Positions 29,056-33,126 of a DNA stretch of 33,126 nt are shown piece by piece. The stretch is from Bifidobacterium breve. Lineage in GTDB: Bacteria; Actinomycetota; Actinomycetes; S36-B12. Where the stretch lies: NCBI GenBank assembly GCA_943328365.2, contig CALPZT020000001.1:1-33126 (forward strand). The letters run 5' to 3'. Every line of letters starts with the position of its first letter. Within the stretch, counting starts at the first letter, position 1. The translations under genes and the position numbers were made by a program. The notes below the pieces were generated by a model that saw only the letters and a list, made by a program, of their open reading frames with translations, was not told the DNA's origin and did not search any database.

Positions 29056-30624
29056 GTGTTCGCGAATCTCTCAGACCGGCTGGCCGGCACCTTCAAGGGA
29101 CTGCGCGGCAAGGGCCGCCTGTCCGAGGCCGATGTCGATGCCACCGTGCTCGAGATCCGCACGGCCCTCCTCGAGGCCGACGTCGCGGTCCCTGTGGTCA
29201 GGGCCTTCACCGCCGTCGTGAAGGAGCGTGCGCTCGCCGCAGCGGCATCCGGCGCGCTGAACCCCGCCCAGCAGATCGTGAAGATCGTGCACGAGGAGCT
29301 CGTCGCCGTGCTGGGTGGCGAGGCCCGGCCGCTCCGCCTGGCGAAGCAGCCCCCGACCGTCATCGTGCTCGCCGGACTTCAGGGCGCGGGCAAGACGACA
29401 CTTGCCGGCAAGCTGGCACTTCAGCTCAGGGGGCAGGGTCATGCTCCCCTCCTCGTCGCGGCCGATCTGCAGCGTCCGAATGCGGTTGACCAGCTCCGCG
29501 TCATGGCCGAGCGGGCCGGAGTCGCGATCTTCGCTCCCGAGCCGGGCAACGGCGTCGGCGATCCGGTCCAGGTGACGAAGGATGCGAGGGCCTACGCCCT
29601 GCAGAAGCAGCACGATGTCGTCATCGTCGATACGGCTGGCCGCCTTGCGATCGATGCCGAGCTCATGCAGCAGTTGCGCGAGGTCAAGGCGGCGGCGCAG
29701 CCGGACGACACGCTGTTCGTCGTTGACGCCATGATCGGTCAGGACGCCGTCCGTACCGCCGAGGAGTTCATGCAGGCGGTGGGCTTCGATGGCATCGTCC
29801 TGACGAAGCTCGACGGTGATGCTCGCGGCGGCGCGGCGCTCTCGGTCAAGGGCGTTACCGGCAAGCCGATCATGTTCGCATCCGTCGGCGAGAAGCTCAC
29901 CGACTTCGAGGTCTTCCACCCGGACCGCATGGCATCGCGCATTCTCGACATGGGCGACATGCTCACGCTCATCGAGCAGGCCGAGCGTGCGTTCGACGCA
30001 GAGCAGACCGAACGCATGGCGAAGAAGGTCGCGAAGGGCGAGGACTTCACCCTCGACGACTTCCTCGAGCAGATGCAGGCCGTGAAGAAAATGGGCTCGC
30101 TCGGCAAGATCCTGGGCATGCTGCCCGGCATGGGCGATATGAAGGCGCAGCTCGATCAGGTCGATGATCGTGATCTTGATCGCGTCGCCGCGATCATCCA
30201 GTCGATGACGCCCGGCGAGCGAGCCGATCCGAAGATTCTCAACGGCTCCCGCCGACTGCGAATCGCCAAGGGTGCCGGCACGACGGTCACCGAGGTGAAC
30301 GGACTCGTCGATCGGTTCGCCCAGGCGCAGAAGATGATGAAGCAGATGGGCAAGGGCGGCGGAATGCCCGGGATGCCCGGCATGGGTGGAATGCCCGGCA
30401 TGGGGGGCGGCAGCAAGAAGTCGAAGGGCAAGTCCCAGGGGTCGGCGAAGGCCAAGAAGGGACGCTCAGGCAACCCGGCGAAGCGCGCCGACCAGGAGTC
30501 GGGCGTCGCCATGGCACCGGCCTCTGCCGGCCCCGGCTCGATGCTCGGCATGGGCGCAGGCGGGCGCGTCGAGGATGCCGCGAGCCTCGAGCTGCCCGAC
30601 GAACTGAAGCGTCTGCTCGGCTAG
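29056..30624 (+). CDS. ffh: Signal recognition particle protein Ffh
   Basis: (M)FANLSDRLAGTFKGLRGKGRL, an NG domain with GLQGAGKTT, DTAGRL and TKLDGDARGG, a Met-rich M domain, and a Gly/Met/Lys-rich tail. Confidence 0.96.
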   Translation: MFANLSDRLAGTFKGLRGKGRLSEADVDATVLEIRTALLEADVAVPVVRAFTAVVKERALAAAASGALNPAQQIVKIVHEELVAVLGGEARPLRLAKQPPTVIVLAGLQGAGKTTLAGKLALQLRGQGHAPLLVAADLQRPNAVDQLRVMAERAGVAIFAPEPGNGVGDPVQVTKDARAYALQKQHDVVIVDTAGRLAIDAELMQQLREVKAAAQPDDTLFVVDAMIGQDAVRTAEEFMQAVGFDGIVLTKLDGDARGGAALSVKGVTGKPIMFASVGEKLTDFEVFHPDRMASRILDMGDMLTLIEQAERAFDAEQTERMAKKVAKGEDFTLDDFLEQMQAVKKMGSLGKILGMLPGMGDMKAQLDQVDDRDLDRVAAIIQSMTPGERADPKILNGSRRLRIAKGAGTTVTEVNGLVDRFAQAQKMMKQMGKGGGMPGMPGMGGMPGMGGGSKKSKGKSQGSAKAKKGRSGNPAKRADQESGVAMAPASAGPGSMLGMGAGGRVEDAASLELPDELKRLLG

Positions 30625-30797
30625 CAGGGGTGCTGGTGTTCATCAGGCTCCGGCATCTGGCAGGATAAGGGAGCATTTGCCGATCCGGTTGGCCCTCTAT
30701 CCCTCCGGACCAGCACCCAGCAAGGTTTTCGCTCGAGGTCGTGTCCCCACGCGATCGAAGGCGCGTGCCGCCCCAATCAACAGGAGAAACGCCCACC

Positions 30798-31361
30798 GTG
30801 GCCGTCAAAATCAAGCTCAAGCGCATCGGCAAGATCCACGCTCCCCAGTACCGCATCGTCGTCGCTGACGCGCGCACGGCGCGCGACGGCCGGGCGATCG
30901 AGGAGATCGGCATCTACCAGCCGATGAACGACCCGAGCATCATCAAGGTGAATTCCGAGCGGGCGCAGTACTGGCTCGGCGTCGGCGCCCAGCCGACCGA
31001 GGCAGTGATGGTGCTCCTCAAGATCACCGGCGATTGGCAGACCTTCAAGGGCCTTCCGGGTGCCGAGGGCACCCTGCGCGTCGCCGAGCCGAAGGTCGCC
31101 AAGGTCCTCGTGTTCGAAGCGGCCGTCCAGGATGCAGCCAAGGAGCCGAAGACTCCCGTGAAGCGTCCCAAGCTCGATACCGCAGTCGAGGCCCCCAAGT
31201 CTGAGGCTGCAGAGGCAGTCGTCGAGGCTGAGGTCGTCGAGGCTGTTGAAGCAGTAGAGGCGGTCGAAGCGGTTGAGGTCGCAGAGGCCGTTGTCGCGGA
31301 GGCCGTTGTCGAAGAGGCCGTTGTCGCAGAGGACACTGCCGAGCCCACGGATGCCGCCTGA
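30798..31361 (+). CDS. rpsP: 30S ribosomal protein S16 with an acidic Ala/Glu/Val repeat tail
   Basis: (M)[41 protein letters not shown]. The start is reassigned to GTG 30798 (GGAG at 30783-30786). The track start at 30741 adds a non-homologous leader. Confidence 0.9.
   Translation: MAVKIKLKRIGKIHAPQYRIVVADARTARDGRAIEEIGIYQPMNDPSIIKVNSERAQYWLGVGAQPTEAVMVLLKITGDWQTFKGLPGAEGTLRVAEPKVAKVLVFEAAVQDAAKEPKTPVKRPKLDTAVEAPKSEAAEAVVEAEVVEAVEAVEAVEAVEVAEAVVAEAVVEEAVVAEDTAEPTDAA
31239..31328. repeat. In-frame 9-bp (EAV x4) and 15-bp (EAVV[A/E] x3) tandem repeats in the rpsP tail
   Basis: gag-gcN-gtN periodicity across 31239-31274. gaggccgttgtcgNN occurs at 31284-31298, 31299-31313 and 31314-31328. Confidence 0.9.
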
Positions 31362-31600
31362 TGCTCGAGGAGGCCCTGGGCCATCTCGTGCGTGGCATCG
31401 TCGATCATCCCGAGGACGTGACGGTGAGCGAACGCTCGCAGCGCCGCGGCCAATGCCTCGATGTGCGGGTGCATCCCGAGGACATGGGCCGGGTCATTGG
31501 GCGGGCGGGGCGCACCGCGTCTGCCCTGCGTGCGGTTGTCACGGCACTCAACGAGGGTCGCGGCGTGCGCATCGACTTCCTTGATGTCGCTGAGCGCTGA
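31361..31600 (+). CDS. KH domain-containing RNA-binding protein (YlqC/UPF0109 family)
   Basis: 79 aa with the GxxG KH motif VIGRAGRTASALR. It sits in the conserved position between rpsP and rimM. TGATG overlap with the rpsP stop. Confidence 0.88.
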   Translation: MLEEALGHLVRGIVDHPEDVTVSERSQRRGQCLDVRVHPEDMGRVIGRAGRTASALRAVVTALNEGRGVRIDFLDVAER

Positions 31601-32132
31601 CGATCACTCCTCTATCCCCATGCGCGTGGTCGTCGGCCGCCTCGGTCGCCCTCACGGCATTCGCGGTGAGGTAACGGTCGAGGTTCGCACCGACGAGCCT
31701 GACATGCGATTCGCACCAGGAACCGTGCTCTTTGTCAATGGATCCGATCGGCGGCTCACCGTCGACCGGATCCATTGGCATTCCGGACGACTGCTCGTCA
31801 CCTTCGACGGAATCACCGATCGAACGGCGGCAGAGACCTTGCGTGGGTTTGTCGTCGAGGTCGAACGAGCCGTTGACGAGACGCCGGAGGATCCGGAGGA
31901 GTTCTACGACAGCGCGCTGACCGGGTGCGTGGTCGAGGGGCTCGATGGCGTGGTGATCGGCGTTGTGGCCGAGGTGATCCACCTGCCGAGTCAGGACATG
32001 CTCTCCGTCCGAACACCGGATGATGACGACGTTCTCGTGCCATTTCTCGTCCGATTCGTCCCGACCGTCGACATTGCCGCGCGCCGTATCGTCATCGATC
32101 CGCCTGACGGCCTCATCGAACAGGCCGACTAG
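31584..32132 (+). CDS. rimM: Ribosome maturation factor RimM
   Basis: [25 protein letters not shown] at the N-terminus, and a PRC-barrel C-terminus. The start is ATG 31584 (17-nt overlap with the KH gene) or ATG 31620. The track start at 31461 is off-target. Confidence 0.88.
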   Translation: MSLSADDHSSIPMRVVVGRLGRPHGIRGEVTVEVRTDEPDMRFAPGTVLFVNGSDRRLTVDRIHWHSGRLLVTFDGITDRTAAETLRGFVVEVERAVDETPEDPEEFYDSALTGCVVEGLDGVVIGVVAEVIHLPSQDMLSVRTPDDDDVLVPFLVRFVPTVDIAARRIVIDPPDGLIEQAD

Positions 32133-32134
32133 TC

Positions 32135-32881
32135 GTGCGGATCGACATCGTCTCGATCTTTCCCGAGTACCTCGATCCGCTGAGGCTGTCGCTCGTGGGC
32201 AAGGCAGTTGACGCCGGCCTGGTCAATCTCGGGGTGCACGACCTTCGCTCGTTCGCCCATGACCGCCACCGCACCGTCGATGACACGCCATACGGCGGGG
32301 GTCCGGGCATGGTCATGAGTCCGGTTCCCTGGGGGGAAGCCCTCGACCAGATCGCGGGCGCTCATCCCGGCGAGCGGATTGACGGCGGCACTATGACGGG
32401 CGGGGGCGTCCGGCCTCTGCTTGTCGTCCCTACCCCGTCGGGGGAGCGCTTCACTCAGTCGGTTGCGCAGCAGTGGAGTGACGAGCCGTGGCTGGTGCTC
32501 GCCTGCGGGCGGTACGAGGGCATCGATACGAGGGTTATCGAGCACTACGCCGGGCGCAGCGACTGGGCCGGCGTCCGGGAGGTGTCCGTCGGTGACTACG
32601 TGCTGGCGGGGGGCGAGGCGGCAGCGCTCGTCATCGTCGAGGCAGTGGTGAGGCTCATTCCCGGGGTCCTCGGCAATGCGGCGAGCGTCGCCGACGACTC
32701 CTTTGCCGCGGGATCGATGGAGCGTCTTCTCGAGGGGCCGGTGTACACCAAGCCTGCCGAGTGGCGGGGCATCGACGTCCCGGAGATCCTCATGAGCGGT
32801 CACCACGGCAGGATCGCGGCGTGGCGAGCCGAACAGGCGCATGCCCGCACGCGTGAGCACCGACCCGATCTCCTGGGGTAG
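32135..32881 (+). CDS. trmD: tRNA (guanine37-N1)-methyltransferase
   Basis: (M)[15 protein letters not shown], the [11 protein letters not shown] motif and [14 protein letters not shown] start 2 nt after the rimM stop. Confidence 0.95.
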   Translation: MRIDIVSIFPEYLDPLRLSLVGKAVDAGLVNLGVHDLRSFAHDRHRTVDDTPYGGGPGMVMSPVPWGEALDQIAGAHPGERIDGGTMTGGGVRPLLVVPTPSGERFTQSVAQQWSDEPWLVLACGRYEGIDTRVIEHYAGRSDWAGVREVSVGDYVLAGGEAAALVIVEAVVRLIPGVLGNAASVADDSFAAGSMERLLEGPVYTKPAEWRGIDVPEILMSGHHGRIAAWRAEQAHARTREHRPDLLG

Positions 32882-33126
32882 CGCCTGGCCTACCGATGCA
32901 CATGCGCAAGCCCCCTCCTGAGGTCGAGCGACTCCCGACGGCCGGATTCGTTCGAAGCGGCCGGCTGTGACAGACTATGCACGCTCACGATGAACTGCCG
33001 AAGCAACCCGCCACAGGGGAGTGCACCGGTGTCGTGGTTCAACCGCTGCGCTTGCAGCCTGATTCAATCCCACAACCGTGGGCGACCTGTGGCGCCTGCA
33101 GGAAGCGATGACCAATGAAGACTCTC

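Noticed and set aside
33115-33126. Possible start of rplS (ATG 33115, MKTL...)
   Set aside because: Only four codons lie inside the window. It is suggested by synteny alone, so it is not listed as a feature.

Overview
High-GC (Actinomycetota-type) chromosomal window, almost entirely conserved housekeeping genes on the + strand. The order is plsC-gpsA, ddl, thiL, DAK2-recG-rsmD-coaD, a SepIVA-like coiled-coil gene, yceD-rpmF-plsX-rnc-mutM, smc, ftsY, amt-glnK-glnD, ffh, and rpsP-KH-rimM-trmD. From memory (not searched), this matches the M. tuberculosis gpsA...trmD region, with plsX added as in non-mycobacterial actinobacteria. The only accessory-looking part is the left 4 kb. It holds a + unit (VOC protein, SDR, SnoaL/NTF2-like protein) converging on a - unit (CofC/FbiD-like guanylyltransferase, a 62-aa ORF, a KstD-like flavoprotein). 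By eye I found no tRNA, rRNA, CRISPR, transposase, integrase or recognisable defence system, and I cannot support a claim of a new multi-gene system here. The most unusual signal is structural. At least seven 14-26 bp tandem duplications sit on gene termini: the VOC 3' end, the ddl stop, the coaD 3' end, the plsX/rnc junction, the ftsY start, the rpsP tail and the rpmB/DAK2 spacer. Two of them duplicate a translation-initiation region and create mini-ORFs that chain stop/start overlaps, which recalls MIRU-type repeats in mycobacteria. Several true gene starts lie inside longer spurious ORFs of the supplied track (metB-like, rpmB, coaD, yceD, mutM, rpsP, rimM), and rpmF (57 aa) is absent from the track. 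Most other long ORFs in the track are antisense or off-frame shadow ORFs typical of high-GC DNA. All family calls rest on remembered motifs; no searches were run.
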